Virus record (IMG/VR): IMGVR_UViG_3300037041_000986
Coordinates: 1-27,019 of that record
Length of the DNA stretch: 27,019 bases
Origin: a virus
Lineage: Duplodnaviria; Caudoviricetes
Strand: one strand, 5' to 3'
A model generated the notes under the pieces. The model saw nothing but the letters and a program-made list of their open reading frames with translations. It ran no database searches and was not told the DNA's origin. The number at the start of each line of letters is the position of its first letter. The stretch's first letter is position 1. This document shows, piece by piece, positions 1 to 8,196 of the stretch. The translations under genes were made by a program, and so were the position numbers.

Positions 1-274
1 CTGTACTTGAATGAGTCCAACCACCATTAAACACTAACCTAAACGCTGCGTTTGTATCTTGTGGGTCTTTCAAATTCCACTTATGAAGCGCACTTGTTCC
101 CCCTATAAATGGGTAAATAGCTTTCATTTTTGTCCAAATGCCGAAGCCTTTAAGCGCCACAACTAAAGTATTGATAGCTGTTAAATTTGTCGCACCTGTT
201 AAGCCACTTGCCGTGAAAAATGCTTGTGCGTCCGGGTCGTAACTTTGCCCGAAAGCGTATGGATTTATTATCAT
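1..274 (-). CDS. Fibre or tail-associated protein (partial, runs off the left edge); not in the ORF track
   Basis: ATG at 274 overlaps the TGA of the upstream gene (ATGA). Frame is open to the edge: MIINPYAFGQSYDPDAQAFFTASGLTGATNLTAINTLVVALKGFGIWTKMKAIYPFIGGTSALHKWNLKDPQDTNAAFRLVFNGGWTHSST. I recall this N-terminal type from aquatic phage structural proteins. Confidence 0.75.
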   Translation of the reverse strand, partial: MIINPYAFGQSYDPDAQAFFTASGLTGATNLTAINTLVVALKGFGIWTKMKAIYPFIGGTSALHKWNLKDPQDTNAAFRLVFNGGWTHSST

Positions 275-1584
275 CTTGTTCCGATTAGTGTGATTTTCAA
301 ACCTGTTGCAGTACCGTTCCCGATTTGGTCAATATCGATAGTTATTTCAGCATCATCGGTTAACGCACTTGTCGTAATAGTTGCAGCCGTTGCAGCCGTT
401 ACGCTTGTTTTTTCTGTATTGTCAATTGTCAGTTTAGTACCTAAAACCGAAGAACCGCTTTGATTTATGTCAACCGTAAAGATTGAACCTGAAGCTTGAG
501 CAGTTGTAAGCGAAGCACGAACGCCTGTAAGCGTAAAAGCAACTGGCAGCCTAAATGTAACCTTTGCTGTTCCTGTTGTTAGTGCTGTGGTTTCGTCACT
601 TGCTGCGAGCTGTATTTCAATTGGCTGTTTTTTATTCTCCCAAACTAATGAAGATGAATTGTACTGCAAAATGTCTTTATTTGCCAACGTGCCCGAATTT
701 ATTGCTACATCGTGCAATTCATCAAGCTCATAACCATTTTGAACGTGCAGCAGGATATGTCCATCCGTTGCGCTTTTCTTAGCTACATAGCCAATTACTA
801 CAGCGTGTAAAGGTGCAACGGGTTTAATATTTGTAAATGCTCCGGCAACAGTTGGACTTATATATAAAATATCACCCTCAGTAAAGGCATTAGTATTTAA
901 GCCGTGAATAATGCCGTTTATGGCTACAAAACCGTTTGAAGCATCTGCAATATCTTCGGCAACTATACCAAAGGCTGTAGAACTGTTTGCGTCACTATCG
1001 CCTAAAGCTAAATCTATACCTATAAAACCACCTGCAACACCAACAACTTTAACAACGCTGCCTTTAGTAATTGCTGAGCCGCTATTATTTCTTACCTTAG
1101 CAAAAAGTTGATGCCCTATTTTATTTTTTAAACCGCCTTGCATACCAAGGTCTAATGTGCCATCGGTACTATTCCACGCCATTTGACCAGCGCCAGCCGT
1201 TGAAGTTGTAGCCGTGTCAAAATCCAATAAGTTTAAATCAGTAATATCTAAACTACCTGCAGAATCGCCCGCCGTTAAAACTTGTGTTAATGTAGGTGTT
1301 ACACCGCCACCACTAACTACAAAAAAAAAATCAGTACTTAACAATTGTGCTAAGTCGGCGCATGTACCTGAAAACGCAATTGGTGCCGCTGGTACTACTT
1401 CAGTATTTGCAACTTGTGCCGGGTCGATATATTCAACGCTGCCATTATCTTGAACAACTTTAACGCTGCCGTTTACGTTGCATTCTATTTCTACAATATC
1501 GGGGCTAAGGCTGTTAATGAAATCGCCCGAAGTCGAATCATAAATAGCTACATTACCATTTGCGAGTTTTACAATATCAATCAT
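271..1584 (-). CDS. Modular fibre/decoration-like structural protein
   Basis: 437 aa, Thr/Ala/Gly-rich. About 88-aa N-domain, FFF-VVSGGG linker, central beta domain (VRNNSGSAITKGSVV...VQNGYELDELHDV) and C-terminal beta domain (SDETTALTTGTAKVTFR...). Located after the neck genes. Confidence 0.6.
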   Translation of the reverse strand: MIDIVKLANGNVAIYDSTSGDFINSLSPDIVEIECNVNGSVKVVQDNGSVEYIDPAQVANTEVVPAAPIAFSGTCADLAQLLSTDFFFVVSGGGVTPTLTQVLTAGDSAGSLDITDLNLLDFDTATTSTAGAGQMAWNSTDGTLDLGMQGGLKNKIGHQLFAKVRNNSGSAITKGSVVKVVGVAGGFIGIDLALGDSDANSSTAFGIVAEDIADASNGFVAINGIIHGLNTNAFTEGDILYISPTVAGAFTNIKPVAPLHAVVIGYVAKKSATDGHILLHVQNGYELDELHDVAINSGTLANKDILQYNSSSLVWENKKQPIEIQLAASDETTALTTGTAKVTFRLPVAFTLTGVRASLTTAQASGSIFTVDINQSGSSVLGTKLTIDNTEKTSVTAATAATITTSALTDDAEITIDIDQIGNGTATGLKITLIGTR

Positions 1585-1904
1585 AAATTTGTTATTATTT
1601 TAGTGCTAAATTCAATACAATCATATTCGATGCCGTTTACTTCAAGTATAACAATTTCGCCGTTAGGGTCTATTATTTGTCCTTGATATGTGTAACTTTC
1701 ATTAAGGTTTGTAAGTGTAAATATTACCGTTTCACCATCTTCAACATCAACACTATAATAAATAGTTACCGAACCAAAAGTTAATTCTAAAACCCAAACG
1801 CCCGCACTTAGTGCATCTACAACAATGCCCGTATCATAAACAGCATTGCAAGCATTAAGACAGCCCAAATTTAAGGTTTTTTCACAACAATTACAACAAG
1901 GCAT
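1581..1904 (-). CDS. Small Cys-rich beta protein, probably structural
   Basis: 107 aa starting MPCCNCCEK; 4-nt overlap with the downstream gene. Confidence 0.65.
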   Translation of the reverse strand: MPCCNCCEKTLNLGCLNACNAVYDTGIVVDALSAGVWVLELTFGSVTIYYSVDVEDGETVIFTLTNLNESYTYQGQIIDPNGEIVILEVNGIEYDCIEFSTKIITNL

Positions 1905-1927
1905 ATATTTAAAGTTTAATTTTTTCT

Positions 1928-1956
1928 AAAAAAGGGGGTATTGATTCCAACCCCCT
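1928..1956 (-). terminator. Intrinsic terminator
   Basis: Minus strand AGGGGGT-TGGAATCAAT-ACCCCCT followed by a T run, downstream of the 2000..2872 gene. Confidence 0.7.
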
Positions 1957-1999
1957 ACTAATGTCCTAAGGTAGCGAAACTTAGCGGCATAGTGAATCT

Positions 2000-2872
2000 T
2001 TATAAAATTAAAATACTATTACTATGATAACTTGCTGAACCTACTATATTAGTAGCTGTTACCACGCAAGATATATTAGAACCCAAATCAGCCATAACAC
2101 AAATATAAGTACTTGCAGTTTCACCTACAATATCAATACCGTTCCTTTGCCATTGATAACTAAATGTAATCGGCATAGTTCCTGTCCAAGTTCCATTATC
2201 AATAACTTTTAAAAGACCGCCTACAATGTTTTTGCCTGCGATTATTGGGCCTATCGTATTAAGTGGTGCACTAGGTACAGGCTGCGGCTTATTTATAACT
2301 TCACATATCGCAAACGGCTTACATTTTTCAGTTAAACTAAAATCATAACGTAATTCAAAATCTAAGCTAACTATCTGCATTAGGCTTAACAGCGTTTTAG
2401 GGTCTTTGCCTGTTTCGGCAGCGTAAACGGTCCAAGGCAATACTTCATTACTAACCGGGAACAAACGCGAGTTAACTATTGCATACTGCCATTGAATGCC
2501 TTTAAAGTTAGCACCGTAAAGCGCAAATTTAACGCTATCTAAAAGCATACGCGGGTCAGCACAAATATGCCAAAAAACTAATTTAAGTGGAACACGCACA
2601 TCCAATTCGATACCACAACTTCCCCGCTTAGTATTCGCGGCTTTTCTTGTTTCTGAAACAATACCATTAGTACGGATATAATAGCCCGTTCTCTGGGTGT
2701 CTGTGATGCCAACATAGTTTCGTGTGCCGTTTTGCGTAACATTTAAAGTAACAACCTGACCTGCAGTATCTTTAACAGCTATGCCATTACCGTGAACGTT
2801 TACATTTACGGCTGCCATTGCAGTATCAATCTGTTTGATTAGTTCGGTTATTATGTTTTGTGTTACGTACAT
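2000..2872 (-). CDS. Putative tail terminator/completion protein with C-terminal Ig-like domain
   Basis: Position after the neck genes. About 190-aa N-domain, Pro-rich linker (KPQPVPSAP), then an Ig-like module (GTWTG..TFSYQWQRNG..I.GET.STY...DLG..ISCVVTATN..GS). Confidence 0.55.
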   Translation of the reverse strand: MYVTQNIITELIKQIDTAMAAVNVNVHGNGIAVKDTAGQVVTLNVTQNGTRNYVGITDTQRTGYYIRTNGIVSETRKAANTKRGSCGIELDVRVPLKLVFWHICADPRMLLDSVKFALYGANFKGIQWQYAIVNSRLFPVSNEVLPWTVYAAETGKDPKTLLSLMQIVSLDFELRYDFSLTEKCKPFAICEVINKPQPVPSAPLNTIGPIIAGKNIVGGLLKVIDNGTWTGTMPITFSYQWQRNGIDIVGETASTYICVMADLGSNISCVVTATNIVGSASYHSNSILIL

Positions 2873-2896
2873 TATAAAGTAATCTTATTAAAACCC

Positions 2897-3463
2897 CTAC
2901 AGTAAATCTATTTCTTCTAAAATTGCTAATAATTCATTTCGGCCCGCTGTTTCACCTAATTCGCGTTCGGCTGTTGATACGGTTGCGATGTCTTTTGAAA
3001 AACGTTCTTCGTTAAACTCCATTATATTTGCCATTTCATCATTCGTATAAGTAATGGCGCTATTTAAACCGCTTTCAGTTACTTTTATACTTTGAAATAG
3101 CGAACCACTAAAATTTAAATCTACATTACCTGACTGCCTACCTGTTAAATCCCTAAGTTCCTTATAACCATTTGTTAAATACTTTGTCTTATGCGGATTG
3201 CCATTTTTAAAAACCGTTTGGCCGTTTTTACCTTGCGGTTTTATACCACCAGCTGATACAGTTGTAAGGCTAAGCGGGTTTATGTAAAACGGGTTCACAC
3301 TATAAGTACCTATCTGACTATTAGAACTATCTAAGCCTAAAAAAAATATCCTTTGCTTATACTCAGCTATAACTTGAAACGCGGCAGCTTGCGAAATTCT
3401 ACGCGCTGTGTTGTCATCATTTACAACTTGTGATAGTATTTCTAAGCGTTCGTTTATAGTCAT
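2897..3463 (-). CDS. Putative neck/virion morphogenesis (tail completion) protein
   Basis: VDLNFSGSLFQSI resembles the L.xTG.L..SI motif of phage virion morphogenesis proteins; lies downstream of the capsid gene. Confidence 0.55.
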   Translation of the reverse strand: MTINERLEILSQVVNDDNTARRISQAAAFQVIAEYKQRIFFLGLDSSNSQIGTYSVNPFYINPLSLTTVSAGGIKPQGKNGQTVFKNGNPHKTKYLTNGYKELRDLTGRQSGNVDLNFSGSLFQSIKVTESGLNSAITYTNDEMANIMEFNEERFSKDIATVSTAERELGETAGRNELLAILEEIDLL

Positions 3464-4443
3464 TAGCCGGGGAACATTGGGTACATTCTTAATCTTGGTT
3501 CACATCTGTAGCAAAAACGGTCAGCTTCAAGTAACTGAATAATATTATCAATTTCATTATCTAAGGCCTCAATGCTTGCGTTCTCCCATTCTGTTATTTT
3601 GATATTTGCCCATTCGTTACCGTGTGTTTTAATTAAGTTTAAACGGTTGTTAGGTGATACCCATTCTTTTAAAATTTGCACGCCTGTTTGGTATAAAATC
3701 GCCATACCTAAACGGTCTAAAAATTGGCATATAATATCAGTATCTACACAATCCACACGCACACACGCGCCTAAATATCCTTGCGGTTGTGCTGCTATTC
3801 CATTCCAACCCGTTACATCTAAAACAGTATCGCCACATGGTTTGCAGTTTGTCGAAGCGTTGCAAGTGTACAGATAAGGCGCTATATTAGTAGTATCGAT
3901 GGTAACTAATAATAGGTCTTCTTTAAAATACTTTTTAATAAATACGTGCATTTCCGTATCTGCAAAAACAGTAACAGCCTGACTAAATAATATGTTGCCT
4001 GCATAATCTGTAACGTAAATTGTTGTATTGCCGTTGTTAGTTGCCTTAAATTTGACTGTATCGATATATATGCGGCTTTGTGGGCTATCTATCCATTTCT
4101 TAGAAATCTTGATGCCACGGTTAAATGCTAAAGGCGCAACGCTTGTAGTCGATACGCTACAAACTGCATATTTAGAACCTATACTATTTAGTTTAATACC
4201 ACGCGCATTTAAAACAGCCTTCAAACGTTTTTCAACTACATCAGCTGCAAAATACATTTTTTCTTGTACTGTTAATGTAGCAGAAATAAGCGCTTCAGAA
4301 CTAACAGCCGCGACATTATTTATAGTTAAACCTTCTAAGTTTTCTAAATAATAACCGCTGGTTGGTACCGTGTTAGGCGCATAACAGCCGTTTAGACTTA
4401 TTATGTAGTTTTCTAAGCAAGTAGGTGTATTAAGATTCAGCAT
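3463..4443 (-). CDS. Putative head-tail adaptor protein, Cys-rich
   Basis: 326 aa, second gene after the capsid; helical N and C parts around a beta insertion; CKPC and CYRC motifs. Confidence 0.5.
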   Translation of the reverse strand: MLNLNTPTCLENYIISLNGCYAPNTVPTSGYYLENLEGLTINNVAAVSSEALISATLTVQEKMYFAADVVEKRLKAVLNARGIKLNSIGSKYAVCSVSTTSVAPLAFNRGIKISKKWIDSPQSRIYIDTVKFKATNNGNTTIYVTDYAGNILFSQAVTVFADTEMHVFIKKYFKEDLLLVTIDTTNIAPYLYTCNASTNCKPCGDTVLDVTGWNGIAAQPQGYLGACVRVDCVDTDIICQFLDRLGMAILYQTGVQILKEWVSPNNRLNLIKTHGNEWANIKITEWENASIEALDNEIDNIIQLLEADRFCYRCEPRLRMYPMFPG

Positions 4444-4804
4444 CTAATTCAGTTTGTTTTTTACGACCGCGTTTTTTTGGCTTTTCAGTTTCGGTTATTT
4501 CTTCGGCTTCAACGGTTTCATCGGTTTCGATGGTTTCGGCTTGTTCGTATTGTTGTTCATTTTCTTCAATTTGAATTATTGATAATAGCCCTTCAGAATA
4601 ATAAATATCCTTTGGAAAATCATTTTGCTTTACAGCCTTTTCTACAGCCTTGTTAATGCTTTCGCTGCCTATTGTTTTCTTTTGGCTTGTATAGTCGAAT
4701 AGATAAACAACATCTTCGTTATCGGTACGCTGTACGTTTATAGCGCCGTAATATTTACGAATTATTGTTAGTGCTTGTGCTATTTTTTTTGAATAGTTTA
4801 CCAT
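4430..4804 (-). CDS. Hypothetical protein with acidic repeats and a KKRGRKK tail
   Basis: The ORF-track start at 4966 overlaps the capsid gene and crosses a terminator. ATG 4804 (MVNYSKK, preceded by ATAAACAC) is the likely start, giving 124 aa. Confidence 0.65.
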   Translation of the reverse strand: MVNYSKKIAQALTIIRKYYGAINVQRTDNEDVVYLFDYTSQKKTIGSESINKAVEKAVKQNDFPKDIYYSEGLLSIIQIEENEQQYEQAETIETDETVEAEEITETEKPKKRGRKKQTELDAES

Positions 4805-4817
4805 GTGTTTATATTTT

Positions 4818-4841
4818 AAAAAGGGGCGGTTTCCCGCCCCT
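4818..4841 (-). terminator. Intrinsic terminator after the major capsid gene
   Basis: Minus strand AGGGGCGG-GAAA-CCGCCCCT followed by TTTT: perfect 8-bp stem with a GNRA loop. Confidence 0.9.
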
Positions 4842-4853
4842 GAATCATTAAAA

Positions 4854-6572
4854 CTAAATTGTACCGTTAAAAGTATCGTTACATGCAACGCTATCAGTAA
4901 TGATAAGCTGTGCAGCACCTGTATTGGCACTTGTAGTGTAGAAATTGCTATAACTTCCAAATACAAGGGCTTCGCCTAAAACTTGAGCAGTAGGCGCACC
5001 ATCAAATGAAGATGAATCTAATACCCAATCAAGGTCGGTAAGCGTTGCACCTGTTGAAGGCGTTGAAGCGCTATAAACATTGTATAAGGTTTCAGTTGAA
5101 ACAGTAAGGGCAACATCAGTACCTGTAGCAGAAACGATAACTACTGAAGTTACAGCCGAAGTAGTCAAAACGTTAATGATTAAGCCTGTGCCATCCCATC
5201 CACCTGCAACTGTGTAAACATAACCAGCGGCAGCTAAAGCGGCTTGTGCGGCAACGATAAAGGCATTAGCACCTGCTTCAGTTCCTGTGTCAAATGTACC
5301 ACCTACAGAAACAGGTAAGCCATTGATTTGAATAGCAACAGCATCAGCTACATCGATTTCTTCACCAAAGAAAAGTTCGCCTGTTACAGTTCTTGAGTAG
5401 AACAAAGCATTACAAGCAACATCGCAAATATCAGCTGATTCGCAGAATTGAGCATCAGTAGCATTTGGCGCACCAACAAAACCACATGCAGGTTCGATAT
5501 CGCAATATCCTGTATCAGCACAAACTACTTCATATTTGAATACATCAAGTACACCATCGAATAGGCAGTCTTGTTGTGCCCAACATTTAGGCATACCAAC
5601 AACCGCCCAGTTAGTAGCGAACTGAATGTATAGTTCAATTTCATCATTACATTTAGCGTAAGACATAACTACATCATGTTCGATACCTAACCAAGGGTCA
5701 ACAACTGTAGTACGCATTTGGTCTTCAAAGTCGTATGTGAACTGACCTTTATTTTTTGCGTATGTGATAAGTTGAAGCGCGCCCGGTGCCATTGCGATAA
5801 TATCGTTAGGGCCACCAAACGCAGCACCAAGATTAGTATCGTAAAAAATCGAACGGGTAATATCCAAAAGTGAAGCATCAAAACCATTATCGTTACCGCT
5901 TGCAATTTGGCGTGCTTTACGGTATTGGTCCAACAAAGTACCACCTACCAAAATAAGCTGTTGTTCAATTTCGGCTTGTTTGCGGTCGCTATCTAAGATA
6001 GATTCACCTACAGGGTTAATACCCAAACCACTTGAAAGGAACAAAGGCAAAGATTTAGAAGTAACTGCAGGGTCAGCACAATCGCACTTAACAAAGTTAC
6101 CAACAAAACCGCCATTTGCTACAATTGTAGAAACTTCTTTACCAAGTCTGTTAATGTGATTTCTTAGAACTTCATTAACATAACTGTTTTGATAATCAGC
6201 ACGGTTTTCTTTGATACAACGGATTAACTCATCATCAATTTTGATTTTCTGAGAAACCGTTTTGTTAGTAATTTCTACTTCATCGTACAAGGGTCTTACA
6301 ACATCGCCATCAGTAGGGCAATATTCAAGTGAAGTATTATTTGATTCGGCCAAACGTGGAAAGAAACGGCGGGTTACTTTGTAAACTTTACCGTTACCTT
6401 GTTCTACTGCTTGAACGTTACCGAGTTTTACCTGTGATGCTGATTTATTTGCAGCACTAACAAGCAATTGTAAAAGGCCGATATTTGGTGAAGGCATAGA
6501 GCGCATACCGTTGTTATTATTCAACGATATGTCTATAATTTTCCACGCATCAGCGAGTTTTATAGTTGACAT
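4854..6572 (-). CDS. Major capsid protein with a long C-terminal extension
   Basis: Follows the scaffold gene and has its own promoter and terminator. The first ~350 aa have the size and pattern of an HK97-fold capsid; a Cys-rich linker and an acidic beta-rich ~200-aa extension follow. Confidence 0.75.
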   Translation of the reverse strand: MSTIKLADAWKIIDISLNNNNGMRSMPSPNIGLLQLLVSAANKSASQVKLGNVQAVEQGNGKVYKVTRRFFPRLAESNNTSLEYCPTDGDVVRPLYDEVEITNKTVSQKIKIDDELIRCIKENRADYQNSYVNEVLRNHINRLGKEVSTIVANGGFVGNFVKCDCADPAVTSKSLPLFLSSGLGINPVGESILDSDRKQAEIEQQLILVGGTLLDQYRKARQIASGNDNGFDASLLDITRSIFYDTNLGAAFGGPNDIIAMAPGALQLITYAKNKGQFTYDFEDQMRTTVVDPWLGIEHDVVMSYAKCNDEIELYIQFATNWAVVGMPKCWAQQDCLFDGVLDVFKYEVVCADTGYCDIEPACGFVGAPNATDAQFCESADICDVACNALFYSRTVTGELFFGEEIDVADAVAIQINGLPVSVGGTFDTGTEAGANAFIVAAQAALAAAGYVYTVAGGWDGTGLIINVLTTSAVTSVVIVSATGTDVALTVSTETLYNVYSASTPSTGATLTDLDWVLDSSSFDGAPTAQVLGEALVFGSYSNFYTTSANTGAAQLIITDSVACNDTFNGTI

Positions 6573-6685
6573 TTAAAGAATATTAAATTTTAGAAAAATG
6601 TTTTTTGTTTGGCATTTACCACGCTGCCGTGCGTACTGTTTTTTTTCTGTACCGTAGTACCTATTTTTGTGAGAGGTCGTTACTG

Positions 6686-6693
6686 CAAAGATA
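6686..6693 (-). promoter_or_regulatory. Bacteroidota-type -7 promoter element upstream of the capsid gene
   Basis: Minus strand TATCTTTG matches TAnnTTTG; lies between the scaffold terminator and the capsid leader. Confidence 0.7.
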
Positions 6694-6745
6694 AGATGTT
6701 TTAAAATAAATAATTTTATAATTTTTTAATATTATTATTTATACT

Positions 6746-6770
6746 AAAAAGGCAGCCCCGAAGAACTGCC
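6746..6770 (-). terminator. Intrinsic terminator after the scaffold gene
   Basis: Minus strand GGCAGTTC-TTCG-GGGCTGCC-TTTTT with a C(UUCG)G tetraloop. Confidence 0.9.
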
Positions 6771-6821
6771 ATTAAAGCAAAAGAATTGCACTGGTACGCA
6801 TTATAAGCGCTGCAACTACTG

Positions 6822-7646
6822 TTAAATCAAATTATTATCTTGTAGATATTTTAAACGCGCTGGGTGTATGCCACCTTTTGTTTTTTCATCTATTTCAAAA
6901 CTTTTAGATTGGCCGCCGTTACTTTGTTTTTCAAAATTGTACTCAGCTGCAATAATTTCAAACAGCGTTTCATACTTTAAATTTTCCGTTGGCTTAGATG
7001 GATGTTTTACGCGGTTTCCATCTTTGTTTACCCAAATGTTTGAATCGGTATCAATTTCAAAATCAAAACCACGTTCACGTATTTCGGCTTCTAAGATAGC
7101 GCGCATTTCTTTAGGCATCAAACGCGCATTTTTTACCGATTCAACTAATGAACCGCGAACCTTATCTATTTGCTGATTCTTAATGTAGCTTTGAAATTTG
7201 CCTTGTTCTTCTTTAATAGCTTGTTGCATTAGCATTTCTTTTTCAGTTAGTTTTGCGTTGGCTAATTCTAACTGTTGCGTCAATTGCTGCAACTTTTGCG
7301 CATCGGCTGAAGTGTATTCTGATTTAAGTTTTTCGATTGTTTCGTATTGGCTATTTTTCAAATCAGAAACAATAGTTTTAAACCTATCTTTTTTATCAAT
7401 TGCTTCATATTTCTTTAGGTCAATTGCAAAAGCATCGGCTATCTGTTTTTCTGTTTTCGCGTATGCAGCGCCAAATAGTTCCGCGCTTTTAGCTTCTTCT
7501 ATCTGTTTGCCTAAACGTTCTTGTACGGTGCGTTCAAGTTTAGATACATAACCTGTTACGGCTTCATCTAATGTAATTTCGTTTGCTTCTAATTTCTGAA
7601 GCAGTTCGGGTTCAATGCCCAATTTTTCTACAAATTTGTCTAACAT
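6822..7646 (-). CDS. Capsid scaffolding protein
   Basis: 274 aa, charged coiled-coil (E/K/Q-rich), directly upstream of the capsid gene. Confidence 0.7.
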   Translation of the reverse strand: MLDKFVEKLGIEPELLQKLEANEITLDEAVTGYVSKLERTVQERLGKQIEEAKSAELFGAAYAKTEKQIADAFAIDLKKYEAIDKKDRFKTIVSDLKNSQYETIEKLKSEYTSADAQKLQQLTQQLELANAKLTEKEMLMQQAIKEEQGKFQSYIKNQQIDKVRGSLVESVKNARLMPKEMRAILEAEIRERGFDFEIDTDSNIWVNKDGNRVKHPSKPTENLKYETLFEIIAAEYNFEKQSNGGQSKSFEIDEKTKGGIHPARLKYLQDNNLI

Positions 7647-7658
7647 TTCAATGTGTGT

Positions 7659-8003
7659 TTAATCTTTAAAAAATAATTTAGTAAATTCATCAAATGATAT
7701 GGCTAACGGTAATTCAAAACCGCCCTTTAAAATAACCTTTGTAAACTTTTCGCCATCTTCCCATTCAGATTTATAGAACGTTGCTACTTCATCCAAATCA
7801 ATATAGCAATAATCTTCAAGTTCAACAATACATTCAGGTTCTATATCTGATTTTAAACGTTCGTCTATATCTTTTCTGATTTTAGCGGCTTTTTTATAGT
7901 CTTCTATTTTAACCGCTTCTTCAAAATCAGATTGCAGTTCTTCGAGTGTTAGGTTTTCTTCATTCGCTTCAAGATGAATGACGAATTTATGAAATCGTGC
8001 CAT
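7659..8003 (-). CDS. Small protein with a UVR (UvrB/UvrC) coiled-coil motif
   Basis: LEELQSDFEEAVKIEDYKKAAKIRKDI fits the UVR consensus (L..A...EDYE.AA..RD.I). ATG 8003 (MARFHKF) follows the upstream stop at 8005. Confidence 0.65.
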   Translation of the reverse strand: MARFHKFVIHLEANEENLTLEELQSDFEEAVKIEDYKKAAKIRKDIDERLKSDIEPECIVELEDYCYIDLDEVATFYKSEWEDGEKFTKVILKGGFELPLAISFDEFTKLFFKD

Positions 8004-8004
8004 A

Positions 8005-8196
8005 TTATCTACGTTTATTTGCACAGCCGCAGCCGCGTTTTGGGGTTACAGTTCTTTGAATCGGTTGGGATGGTTCGGCTACATGAATAGTTCCTAAGTA
8101 ATTATAGTTACCTGTTTGCTGTTCCGCGTACCATTGCGAAGGGGTAAATTGGTATTCAGTACCGTTTGTTTTATGCTTTGCTTTTATTACTAACAT
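8005..8196 (-). CDS. Hypothetical protein, 63 aa
   Basis: Tightly coupled to both neighbours; ends in KRGCGCANKRR. Confidence 0.6.
   Translation of the reverse strand: MLVIKAKHKTNGTEYQFTPSQWYAEQQTGNYNYLGTIHVAEPSQPIQRTVTPKRGCGCANKRR

Noticed and set aside
1957-2300. Diversity-generating retroelement target (C-terminal Ig domain followed by a hairpin)
   Set aside because: No reverse transcriptase or template repeat is visible in the window, so it cannot be supported.
3339-3346. T8 tract (T TTT TTA) in the neck gene, and similar 8-nt runs near 4783, 23033 and 26361
   Set aside because: Mid-domain positions; where I checked (3339, 26361) the -1 frame stops quickly. Such runs are expected in AT-rich DNA.
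4485-4540. 9-nt periodic GAAACC repeats
   Set aside because: They encode a low-complexity E-T-x acidic linker; ordinary coding repeat.
4805-4966. N-terminal extension of ORF 4430..4966 as a possible capsid frameshift fusion
   Set aside because: It crosses a strong terminator hairpin and no slippery site is evident; ATG 4804 explains the gene.
6600-6640. SAM-II/SAM-V riboswitch resemblance of the capsid leader pseudoknot
   Set aside because: The 3' half looks similar, but loop 1 is only 2 nt and lacks the U-rich SAM-binding strand.
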